Source: the human T2T-CHM13v2.0 reference genome, Homo sapiens. Taken from it: a stretch of DNA of 64,000 nt. The stretch lies in NCBI GenBank assembly GCA_009914755.4, contig CP086569.2:6560001-6624000 (forward strand), read 5' to 3'. The position numbers were made by a program, and so were the translations under genes. Position 1 is the first letter of the stretch, and the number at the start of each line of letters is the position of its first letter. Shown here piece by piece: positions 1 through 11,509 of this stretch. Under the pieces are notes generated by a model. That model searched no databases, was not told the DNA's origin, and saw nothing but the letters and a program-made list of their open reading frames with translations.

Positions 1-19
1 TGTGAGGCAGACAGTTTGA

Positions 20-165
20 CACAGTCTGGGGTAACATGGTGAGATCTCAACTCTACAAAAAATGCAAAACACTTAGGCATGCTGGTGCTCGCCTGTAGAC
101 TCAGCTACCTGGCAGACTGAGGTAGGAGGCTGTAGTGAGCTGAGACCACACCACTGCATTCCAGA
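20..165 (+). repeat. Alu fragment (right arm, diverged)
   Basis: Matches the Alu right-arm consensus (…GGCGTGGTGGCGGGCGCCTGTAGTCCCAGCTACTCGGGAGGCTGAGGCAGGAG…GCAGTGAGCCGAGATCGCGCCACTGCACTCCAGCC) with many substitutions. Confidence 0.6.
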
Positions 166-187
166 CTTTTTGTGGATTCCTACTGCC

Positions 188-469
188 TTTTTTTTTTTAA
201 GATGTTGTCTTGTTCTGTAGCCCAGGCTGGTGGCCTGATCTCTCACTGCAATCTCCACCTCCCAGGATCAAGCTATCCTCCTGTCTCAGCCTCCTGAGCA
301 GCTGGGATTACAGGTGCAAGTCACCACGCCCAACTAATTTTGTATTTTAAGTGGAGACGGGGTTTCACCGTATTGATTAGGCTGGTTTCAAACTCCTGAC
401 CTCAGGTGATCCACCCACCTGGGCCTCCCAAAGTGCTGGAATTACAGGCATGAGCCACTGCACCCAGCC
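188..469 (-). repeat. Alu element
   Basis: Poly-T head followed by the reverse complement of the Alu consensus, ending ...gagccactgcacccagcc. Confidence 0.85.
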
Positions 470-502
470 CCTACTGGCTTTTAATTTGAATTCTGGATAC
501 TC

Positions 503-935
<433 letters not shown>

Positions 936-2002
936 CTAGTGCAGTGGGTATCTGTGGAAATTATTGTGGCTCGCTTTGTCAGAATGCACTAGCTCCTTCC
1001 AACTTTATTTTCTTGTTTTCTCCCACCTGGTAGGACTGCACATTTGAAAAATTCGAAGCATTAAATAACACAGTCTATCACTTATCTACCGCCCACCTAA
1101 CATTTCAGAAAGAGGAATTTTGGTGATTGCATGATAAATAGAGGAGTTCTGTCTTCCTGCCTTAGTGTTACAGTGTCCTTTGGTGTTCTATAAGCCTATG
1201 ATAAAAGCTATTGACTATAAGGGCAGTAAACCCGGTGGGATACAGGCAGGATGGATTCTGAGCTGTTTTGCAGTTAGCTACAGAAGATCAGCTGCAAAAC
1301 TTGGCTACCCTGTGCTCCCGTTTTAGAGTGAGGATTTCCATCACTTTCTCCTACTTTAAAAGATTGACATCTGCCAAGTAATTAGAACATACAAAGAGGT
1401 CTTTTAACCAAGTTCAGTTTGGAATTTCCAAGCGCTAAGCAGGGGTGGCAGGCTAGGAGGACGGTTTGGCTGTGCAGCTACTTGAGAGGGTGCGGTAGCC
1501 GAGGGCTGCGTCCTTGTTAAGTCCAGAGCTGTAAAGACTTCTACTCTTTACTTTCCAAAACTGAACGAGCAAGGCTATAGAAGAATCAATTAACCGCAAA
1601 GTGACCCTACAGGCGGAAAAAATACAGCGCTTCCACCAGAAGGCGGTGGGGGAAGGGAAGCACGTGTAGCCAGGGTAGGGTTGCATCATGAGCTCGCTTG
1701 GGTTTTCTCTTGCACCCTTCGTTTTTCGATTGCATGCAATACCTCAGCATCAGTTTACACAAGCCCAGGGAGTCCGGGAGCAATGAAGGGCAGGCTCAGT
1801 GGAAGGTCCCAAGTCTGTCTGGAGACCTTTGAATGGCAGCTGATAAGACATAATAAGACACAATCTGTTCTGCTGATTCACAATTATGGAGACTGTGTAT
1901 GTGTATTTTTTTATCGATGTGCTCTAATGATGGTGTAGCAACCGTGATTTCATATCATTGATGTTTTTACAGCAATATTTCGCAGGGTAATTTTCAGGTC
2001 TG

Positions 2003-2132
2003 CTTTTTTGTTGGAGGATCGACCCCTTAAAAATTCATCTCGGGTTCCCGTCCCCCCACAACCTGAGCTTTTTTGTTGGAGGATCGACCCCTTAAAAATT
2101 CATCTCGGGTTCCCGTCCCCCCACAACCTGAG
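2003..2132 (+). repeat. Perfect tandem duplication, 65-bp unit x2
   Basis: Unit cttttttgttggaggatcgaccccttaaaaattcatctcgggttcccgtccccccacaacctgag occurs at 2003-2067 and again at 2068-2132 with no mismatch. Confidence 0.9.
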
Positions 2133-2163
2133 CGTCTAACGCGGGAGGAGGAGCAAGTGAGGT

Positions 2164-2170
2164 TATAAAT
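2164..2170 (+). promoter_or_regulatory. TATA-like motif (tataaat)
   Basis: ggttataaattgctgag about 30 bp downstream of the 65-bp duplication and at the upstream edge of the CpG island. No TSS evidence. Confidence 0.3.
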
Positions 2171-2432
2171 TGCTGAGTGTACTGGGATCTTAGCACAAAG
2201 CTCATCATATACTAAAAGGAGGGGCAAACTTATTTAAAAATATTCAACACGGCAGGCCTCAGAGGTGCTGGGGAGGGGGAGTGGAAATCTGTTTAACTGA
2301 ATTAAGGCCGCGCGCGAAGGGAGGAAGGAGCGCTGGGGACTTGAGTACACCAGGGCCCGTCCGTGTAAGCACTGGCAACGCAAAGCACCTTACAAACGCC
2401 CGAGGTCTGAAGCCTGGGAGTGGCGGTGGAGG

Positions 2433-2438
2433 TGAGTC
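2433..2438 (+). other. Candidate 5' splice donor (GGAG|GTGAGT)
   Basis: tggcggtggag|gtgagtctc fits the donor consensus. It could end an alternative first exon that starts near the TATA-like motif. Confidence 0.3.
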
Positions 2439-3100
2439 TCCCAGCCTCCTCTTCAGTTCCTACACCCCAGCTCCTGGCTTTTACGCCAGTTTGTCCCTAA
2501 GAATTTCTGGCTCTTTTTCTGGGAGGTGTTTTGCAAAGGGGGGAGCCTCTGCCTGTCCCCTTTTTCGAGATGGGAAATGACAACTGGGGTGTCTTCTAAG
2601 ACGATTTTGACGGAGATACACCCTCGGACAGGTGACGGGAGTTCCGTGGGGGCAGAGGGCGGCTTCCTTTTTCGGTTGGGGGAAGGCAACAGTCTAGCAG
2701 TGGCCCAGGTTCCCCTCGCCCACCCTCGGCATAGGGGAGGGGCCGGTTCGCAGTTCCCCACCCTCCTTAGGGGAAGGGCTGGTTCCGGATCTAAACCACT
2801 GGGGCGCTGGAGCTGGGGCTGGTGGGAGGCGGGTTTCCCTCAGCTGGCTGTTGGGGAGGGGCGGGCCGCGGCGAGTGGGTGCCCTCTCGCTCTCAGTCCT
2901 CCCGGTCCGCGTTTGCATGCTAGCGGCCGCTCCCAGTGGTGGTCACCGCCAGTGCCAATCCCTTGCGCCGCCGTGCAGTCCCGCCCTCTGTCGCTGCAGC
3001 CGCCGCGCCCGCTCCAGTGCCCCCAATTCGCGCTCGGGAGTGAGGAGCCGCCAACACCCCAGCTCCGCTGCTGCCGCCACCGCAGTGCTCTCTAGTCGCC

Positions 3101-3105
3101 ATTGG
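3101..3105 (-). promoter_or_regulatory. Inverted CCAAT box (ATTGG; NF-Y type)
   Basis: gccattggttacc inside the CpG island, about 200 bp upstream of the strong donor at 3311, as is typical of TATA-less CpG promoters. Confidence 0.45.
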
Positions 3106-3310
3106 TTACCTAAACTTTCCAGTACCCGCGACCTTTCCGGGACTCCGCGGCGGCGGGGCAGAGGCGGCCCAGGGGCGGCACGCGGCTGCTCCGGTGCGCC
3201 GGGCTCTTTTCGGCCGCCGCACGGCCGGGCCTCACAGGCTGCCCTCCTGAGAGAGGCTCAGAACACGGCCAGGTACGCGCCGCCGCCACAGTTGCGCTGC
3301 TAGCGACGAG

Positions 3311-3316
3311 GTGAGT
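3311..3316 (+). other. Candidate 5' splice donor (GACGAG|GTGAGT); putative exon 1 ends at 3310
   Basis: gctgctagcgacgag|gtgagtgctag is a near-perfect donor consensus. The ~200 bp upstream contains no ATG, so the putative exon 1 would be noncoding. Confidence 0.4.
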
Positions 3317-4440
3317 GCTAGGTGTTTGGTGGGCCGGGCGCGGGGTCCGCAAACTTTTGCGTACGGCGCTGACTCCCTGCGGTCCTGCCGGCGGCTCCGG
3401 CCGTCCAGACGCTCCGCTCGCCACGAACTCCTGGAGACGCAGGGCCCCAGCTGTTACCGCAGCACTTGGACTAGGGTGCGGAGCGCTCCCTGGACTCAAC
3501 AATACCGGGAGGTTTCCGCTCCCCCAAAGTGCGTGCGCGCCGTGTGGGGAGTGTACGGAGGTTGGCGGGAGACGCTCCTTTGGGGAAGGGGGAGGCGGCT
3601 GCTAAGTTTAGGAAAGTACTCGGTTTCTTCCTGGTGCCCCTTTGTTTGCCGCTCTTGGGATCTGCTGGGCCCAGCGCCACTGCTGGTGGGCGGAAGGGGC
3701 AGGTGGCGGGATTTTTCACGCCCCGGTGGAGGGGAGTCCCTTTCATCCACGGGACTCGGGCCGGCCTGCCCCGACCTGGGTGGAAGCGCAGTCGCGCAGA
3801 GCGGGGCGACCGGCTGGCTAGGCGGCTCGGGCCCGCGGCGTCTGCTCAGTTTCTGAGTCGCAAAACCGTCAAGGAATTCGGAAGCTCCCCTCCCCCGCCC
3901 ATCTCTCTGGCCCCAGCGCGCAGTCAAGTCTGGGGGCAACCCCCCCCGCGCCCCCGGTCTGTTTGGGGTCTGCAGAGCGGCGCCAGGGTAAAGCGCAGAC
4001 CTGTTGATCCTAGGTTCTGGCGGGTCGGGGTCTGGCAGATCCTGGGTCCGGCCTTGCTTCCCAGTGGTACCTTCTCTCACGGAGGGGGCGGGGCCGTCCG
4101 CTTTCGGGAGTCAGTGATCGCCGGATATGTGACAACTGTGGGTCGTTGGAGTCCCGCCGGCGCTGGGCTAGGGCCTGGACTTCACGTACATCGACTGTGC
4201 GTGGTCATGCCGGAGGCAGGGGCTCACTCATTGCACCGACCTCATGTTGCTGTAGCAAGCTAAGTGCGTCGAAAATTCCACAAAGTTAGGGACCGATGTG
4301 ATTATTTTCGAATCGGTGGTGTTCTGGAGCAAAACCTAGTAAGAAACAAAATCCCACCCTCTGTTTTATTTGCAACTGTTTTGCATGGTCATGAGTGGCT
4401 TGACCTGCCTTCTAGGTGTTTTCCTCTGCTGGCACGCCAG

Positions 4441-4506
4441 AATCCCTGGTTCAGCCTGGAAGGCGAGGGGCAGGACTCCCCAGACAGTGGCCTCAGTGTG
4501 GTAAGT
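4441..4506 (+). other. Candidate internal exon (acceptor ...ctgctggcacgccag|, donor GTG|GTAAGT at 4501)
   Basis: A pyrimidine-rich tract plus AG at 4439-4440 and a GTAAGT donor at 4501-4506 bracket a 60-bp segment. An upstream in-frame ATG at 4384 opens a hydrophobic reading frame (MVMSGLTCLLGVFLCWHA...). Confidence 0.25.
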
Positions 4507-4876
4507 GGCTCTTGACAATTTTATGAAAAATTTAGAAGTCCTTCCTAGAAAAGGTGCAATTAGGAAAAATAAAATACAGGAAAATGTTGAGTATGATGCA
4601 TTTATTTTAAAGAGTAATCATGTCTCACATATGCTACAGATTTTTGTGGAAAGCCGCCGAGCTGGGTAACTGACACAACAAAAGTTGTTCATCACTGGAT
4701 CCATTTATTAAAAGGGGACCTTAAGGCGATTGCAGGCCTAGTAGAACACACACCTGTAGGGCAAAAATGGAAATTTATGGTGTAGTTCTGCCACCCTGGC
4801 TCCCTCACTCCCAGGCATTTGGCCCCTTTACTGGGCTCCGAGGAGTCCTCTGCTAGCAGTTTTAAAGAGGAAACTG

Positions 4877-5198
<322 letters not shown>

Positions 5199-6106
5199 TT
5201 ACTGTAGACACTCTTAGAAGTGAATGATTACAATTCTGGAGTACCATTGGTTCTGTACAACATAATCTTGGATTTTAGTTAGAAGATTTTTTTGCCTTTT
5301 AAGGTAACAGTTCATTAAAAAATACATTGATCTACTGCTAGGTGCCAGGTATTCTGCTGGGCCCAGGGCACACCACGAACAAAGCAAAGCCCTGTTTTGG
5401 GGACTTTAGATTGGGGGTAGGATAGAGGATGCCCTGGTCACCAACTGCAGCGTACTACTAGGATCCTGAGTGGGAAGAGTTTTTAGGTGTTCTTAGTCTT
5501 CTTTTACCCAAGGCTGATCAGTCCAGTAATTATGACTGTCTCCCTTTACATTTCACATGTTGATACACAAATCATCTAACTGCTCTGGAAAGTTTGGGCA
5601 TTTTAATGGACTGCATGGAGATATATTATGGTGTGGGGCTTTGGAGTCTAGTTGGTTTTGAGTCTGTTTTATCTAGTGGAGGCTCGGTTTTCTCATCTGT
5701 GAGATGGCACCAGGAGTCTCTCTCACAGAGCTTTCTAAGAGACTGTACTGCTTTTGGGAGCTGACAAAGTGGTGATTAGAGCCCCTGAGTTAATCTCCAC
5801 AATGACAGATTCCAATGACCTAGGTATGTTTGAGAGAAAACTACCTTTGTCCCCATTAGTCCTTAAGTTGTGAAGGGGCCCACCATGTTTACTTTGCCCT
5901 TGAGCAATTGTGTAACTTTGAACTCCTGCAGCCTTTTTAAGCATCATTTTTCATGTGTAAATTTAAAAAACAGAACTAGAATTCCCCAAAGTCCAGCTCT
6001 TAAGCTTGGTGTTACTTTGCTTTTCTATCTAGTGTGGATCTTCCCACTGGGAAACAAAAGATCTATAAATTGTACACACACAGGAGACTCTACATTGAAT
6101 ATGCTT

Positions 6107-6165
6107 ATAGAAATACATGTATGTATGTTTGTGTGTGTATGTGTTTGTATATGTAGATGTATCAA
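6107..6165. repeat. Imperfect (TG)n/(TATG)n microsatellite
   Basis: atgtatgtatgtttgtgtgtgtatgtgtttgtatatgtagatgtatc. Confidence 0.7.
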
Positions 6166-6443
6166 CAGAGTCACAGAAAGTCTACCACAGGGGATCAGAT
6201 GGTTTCTTCCATAGCTTTATCATTGCATTTAGTAGCCAGTTGCCACATATGGCTATTTAGACTTAATTGAAAGTAACAGTTCTGTTTTATCAGTTGTACT
6301 AGCCCTATTTCATGTACTGTGGGGCTGCATGAGGTTAGGTGGTCATGCGCGGTCATATTGGATAGCAGGAAACTTGCAGAAAGTTCTATTGGAGTATGTT
6401 ACTTTGTAGTTATTGCAGTGAAACCTTAATAAAGAAAACTGTT

Positions 6444-6722
6444 GGCCAGGTATGGTGGTTCATGCCTGTAATGTTAGCACTTTGGGACGCCAAGCGGGGA
6501 AGAAGGCTTGAGGCCAGGAGTTTGAGACCTCATCTCTACTAAAAACATTTAAAAAATTAACTGGGCATCGTAGTGCGAGTCTATAATTCCAGTTGCTCGG
6601 GAGGCTGAGGTTGGAGGATTTCTTGAGCTGAGGAGTTCTGGGCTGTGGTGAGCACACATCTGCGCTCCATCCTGAGTAACAGAGGAATAATCTATCTTAA
6701 AAACAAAATAAAACAAAACCAA
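6444..6722 (+). repeat. Alu element (older, diverged)
   Basis: ggccaggtatggtggttcatgcctgtaat... is Alu-like with many substitutions and an A-rich tail. Confidence 0.75.
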
Positions 6723-6732
6723 ATGCAGCAGT

Positions 6733-7044
<312 letters not shown>

Positions 7045-8690
7045 CCAAACAACTACAACCAAAAAACAGCAGTCAAGAGAGTTGTGCTTTTTGTGGAGGA
7101 AGGTGCGAAGCCAGTGAAATTGAAAATAACTCACAGGTGGGCTCATTTTTCTAAAAAAATGACTCATTTCAGCCAGTGATTTGGCCAGGAAAATGATTTC
7201 AGCAAATGGGTTATTAACCTGAAGTTGACAACCTCTAGTTTTAGATTGAGGTGGTTTGGTCCAATTTTGATTTAAACAACAGAACTCCAAGCTTGAGTCC
7301 CTCACTGAGTGTTGAATTTTGGGCAACACATTTAGCTGCTGTGTGTCCCAGTTTCCCCATCTTAAAAAATGACACTGCCAGTCCCCATGTTGCCAACCTA
7401 AGCAGATTGTGGTAAATATCCCTCAGGATGGTGTAGGTGGAAGGCTTAAGTAAAATAAAAGGTGCTTCTGTCAGTAACAGTCCTGTGCCCAGGTACTGTA
7501 GTGCCATATCTGTTATTTTCAGACCCTCACATACTCTGGATACCTTGGGCTTTCCCTTCCCGTTCTTTAAGTTTAAGGCCTAAGTATCGAGGTTAAGTCT
7601 CTTGAGATCAAAGTCTTCTGTATTAAAAGACTAATAAAGAATCCTTCCAACAAGGTGAGACTTCCCAGTAGTCCAAGTGTTTTAAAAACCTTAAATCACG
7701 ACTGTTAGCTGTTTTCTGCACAGCAGTCTTGAGTCAGTATGTTATTTTTCTTACTTGGTAGATATGTCATTTGTATGGGTCTTTGTATTTTTTATGGCAA
7801 TGAATGAGAAATTTTATTTGTCAGTGAGGATAGGGGAAAAACCGAACTGTGTGTCTTTAGAGAGGTGAATTCCCAGATTAACTCCCCTGCCATTTGTTCT
7901 TTCTTTGGTGTCTTGTCAGGACTCTGGTGTCATCTCCTGTCAGCCTTTGGTTGAAAGCACTTGGAAACTTGGGTGGCTGATATTCTCCAGAGGCAGAAAA
8001 ATGTTCCCAGCCGAGAGAGGCCATCTCCAGCAGGTCCTGAGTGTCAGGAATTCAGATTCTCTGCCCCACTCCTGCTGGATAGGAGGACACTTCCACTAGA
8101 ACCTGGGCCTGGCCCCTTTCCAGTTTTCTGCTGGGAGTCCGGATTCTGGTGCTTTGCTCCGAAGCAGTGCCCGTGGGCCTCCGGGCCTGGCTCATCATCA
8201 CAGCTTCTCTGCTCAGTGAGGAGACCATCATTGTGCTGCTTTTCTGATGCCTTCCATTTGCCTTTTTCTCCACTTGGGAAAAACAAAAAAAGCTAGTATG
8301 CTACATCCTGAAAAGTTGTTAATCCTTCACCACCACATACATTGAAAAATCAGTTCCTGCCGGGAAGTACCACTAAAGGCATATTGTAAACTTTTTTTCT
8401 AATTGGAAAGGTAAACTTTTTTCCCCCATAACTATTTTTCGTGTGAAGGAAGTAACTGACCTCTTGAGTCAGAGATGGCACTCGAGTTTTTCCCCATGGG
8501 TCTTGCCTGCTACACTCCTGGCCACCCTTTCTGTGGGGCTTGACCAAATGGACCACACTGGCCAGCCTGACAAACCCACCAGAACCAAAAGAAAAGCTGG
8601 ATGTGGGAAAGGGCTGAAGAACTCCACGTGTCTAAAGGGCAAAGAGATCCTGGGTTGAGAAGAGGAGTTTCAGATTTCCAATGGAGAAAG

Positions 8691-8787
8691 AGAGGCGGAG
8701 GTTGCAGTGAGCCGAGATCGTAACACTGCACTCGAGCCTGATGACAGTGAGACCCTGTCTCCGAAAAAAAAAAAAAAAAAAAAAAAG
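8691..8787 (+). repeat. Alu right-arm fragment with poly-A
   Basis: agaggcggaggttgcagtgagccgagatcg...ctgtctccg followed by an A24 run. Confidence 0.75.
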
Positions 8788-9045
8788 CCTCTAATCCCAG
8801 CAATGTGGGAGGCTGAGTCGGGTAGATCACCTGAAGTCAGGAGTTTGAGACCAGCCTGGCCAACATGGTGAAAAATCCCACCTCTACTAAAAATATGAAC
8901 ATTAGCTGGGCTTGGTGACACATGCCCATAATCCCAGCTACTTAGCTTGAGGTAGAATCAGTCACTTGAACTGCGGAGGTGGAGGTTGCAGTGACCTGAG
9001 ATTATGCCATTGCACTCTAGCCTGGGCAACGAGAGCGAAATGCTG
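8788..9045 (+). repeat. Alu element (5' truncated)
   Basis: cctctaatcccagcaatgtgggaggctgag... through ...tctcaaaaatatataaacaaatg. It abuts the preceding Alu fragment's A-tail. Confidence 0.8.
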
Positions 9046-9417
9046 TCTCAAAAATATATAAACAAATGAATAAGTAAATAAATGAAGAAGAAGAAAGGAA
9101 TGAAGGTAGACAATATGCTTGCTTATTGGAACGATGTTTTCAACACTGAGTTCTGGAATGTTGCAGCCAACCAGTGGCTCTTATTTGGGACACTTTTTTC
9201 CGTCACTTTTGAAGGGGGCATTTGCTAATGTCTAGAGACATTTTTGGGCTCCCACAGCTGGAAAAGGTAGAGGGAGCTCCTGGCATCTGGTGGGTGGAGC
9301 CCTGGGATGCTGCCCAGTGCCCTGTGTGCACAGGATGGCTCCACCACAGAGAATGGTTTGGCCTCAAGTGCCACCAGTGCCAAGGAGAACCTCAATTGTA
9401 TAGTCAGCTATACCAAG

Positions 9418-9738
9418 AGTCCCCAGCCTTGGGCCTCAGGCCGGAACAGGTCTGTTGTCCTGTTAGGAACCTCCAGGAGGTGAACAGCAGGCTAGTGAGC
9501 ATTGCCATTTGAGTTCTACCTCCTGTCAGATCAACAGTGGCATTACATTCTGATAGGAGTGAGAACCATGTTGTGAACTGCACATGCAAGGGATTTAGGT
9601 TTTGTGCTTCTTATGAGAGCCTAACTAATTCCTGATGATCTGAGGTGGAACAGTTTCATCCTGAAACCATTCTCCACCCCACCCCATGGAAAAGTGTATT
9701 CCATGAAAGTGTTCCTTCATGCTAAAAAGATTGGGGAC
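9418..9738. mobile_element. Putative non-autonomous DNA transposon (MITE-like) with short terminal inverted repeats
   Basis: The left end agtccccagcctt and the reverse complement of the right end ggtccccaatctt form an imperfect ~13-bp inverted repeat. The interior resembles a common human palindromic-end repeat. Family not assigned. Confidence 0.3.
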
Positions 9739-10730
9739 CACTGAACTGTTCAGTCCCGTTTTGGTCAAGGCCTGTGGGGGAGATGGGGAGGTGGATGCCA
9801 AGGAAAAATAAACATCAATTTCTGTAGTTGTCAAGACACACAAGTTTTAGGGTGACGTATTAGTAAATAAATCACCACAGCTGCTGATCAATACAGTAAG
9901 AGTTTCAGATGCTCACAGGAGAAAGCGAAGGAGGAGGTAGGAAGTGGATTTTGCAGAATGATCACAAATGAGGTCAGCGGGTGTCACAGTGGACAATGGG
10001 GAGGCAGTGGAGCGGGGGCATTGCTAGCTGTCCGAGCTCTGCTTCAGCACAGGTCTCCTAGAGCCCTACATGTAAGTACCCCCTTAGTGCATGTTTCTCA
10101 GCCCCTTCCTTTTGGCTTTATTAATATCATCACAGAGGTACTAGGTCTTACTTACAAGGAGGGTCAGCTCCTTGATACTTTGGAGTTGCTTATGAACAAG
10201 TTGCACAAGGTTTCTCTCTGTGCTCAGTGAATTGTGAGTGGTGTAGGGTCACTAAGAAATCTCAGAAGGGAGTTAGTGTGCCACCTTCATCTCATTCTCT
10301 TCTTACAGCTATTGAAATGAGACAGGGTGGGGCAGCTGGATACGGACCTGTATTATACTTAGTGGAGGCCCTCTTTGAAGTGTCTTTAGGAAAAAGGCTT
10401 CTAAAGTGAGGTCCTGCTGTGTGGCATGTTTCATCCTGAGCCAGCCTCTGGTCCCCATGTCCAAGTGAGCCCCAGAGCTGCCCCGAGTCATGCCTGTTTT
10501 CAGGGACTCTGTGTTTCGGCTGGACATGGGGGCCGGGTACAGCTATGAGGGAAACCTCATTTGTAGCCACTGTGCCATGCACTGTGTGCATCTTTGAGCA
10601 CATCGGAGAGTTTCTGTAGCATTAGTATTCTCATTGAGACAGAAGGTGGGTGGGGTGGGGGGTGTGGGGAGAAAGATTTCCCAGGCTTGTTATATTAAAT
10701 GAGCTAGAATTATATTTTCATGTATTTTGA

Positions 10731-11043
<313 letters not shown>

Positions 11044-11198
11044 ACTAAAGCAGATAGAATTATAATGCTTGGAGCCCAATATGCTTATATTTTCCTATTT
11101 TCTGAGTTTGGATTTGGGTCTGGAAAGGTATCTTTATCAGTTAGGATGTCTAGTAACTTGCTTGCTTTTTTTTCCTGTTACCTTTTCTCCCTTAAATA

Positions 11199-11509
11199 TT
11201 TTTTTTTTTTTTTTTGAGACAGAGTCTCGCTCTGTCTCTTGTGGGTCTCAGGCTGGATTGCAGTTGCGCAATCATGATCTCGGCTGACTGCAACCTTTAC
11301 CTTCTGGATTCAATCAATTCTCCTGCCTCAGCTTCCTGAGTAGATGGGACTACAGGCGGGCACCACCATGCCCGGCTAATTTTTGTATTTTTAGAAGAGA
11401 CGGGGTTTCACCGTGTTGGTCAGGCTGGTCTCAAACTGCTGATCTCATGATCCACTTGCCTCGGCTTCCCAAAGTGCTGGGATCACAGGCATGAGCCACC
11501 ACGCCCGGC
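11199..11509 (-). repeat. Alu element
   Basis: Poly-T followed by gagacagagtctcgctctgtc... through ...ccaccacgcccggc. Flanked by a likely TSD ccctYttaaat. Confidence 0.85.

Larger units (their letters stand above)
2290..4330. promoter_or_regulatory. CpG island (likely promoter and 5' exons of a plus-strand gene)
   Basis: Continuous GC-rich, CpG-dense sequence with many GGGCGG/CCGCCC-like motifs, contrasting with the AT-rich, Alu-laden flanks. Confidence 0.85.

Noticed and set aside
2003-2132. tRNA-like B-box resemblance (reverse complement ggggtcgatcctcc against GGTTCGAnTCC) inside each 65-bp unit.
   Set aside because: No A-box at the right spacing, no cloverleaf-compatible stems and no downstream T-run on that strand. 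It is a partial motif match only.
2453-4263. Many 100-250-aa ORFs on both strands inside the CpG island (for example 2526..3095 +, 3529..4263 +, 3496..4080 -).
   Set aside because: They overlap one another in all frames, are Pro/Arg/Gly/Ala-rich as expected from GC-rich noncoding DNA, and have no recognisable domains. The region is better explained as promoter and 5'UTR.
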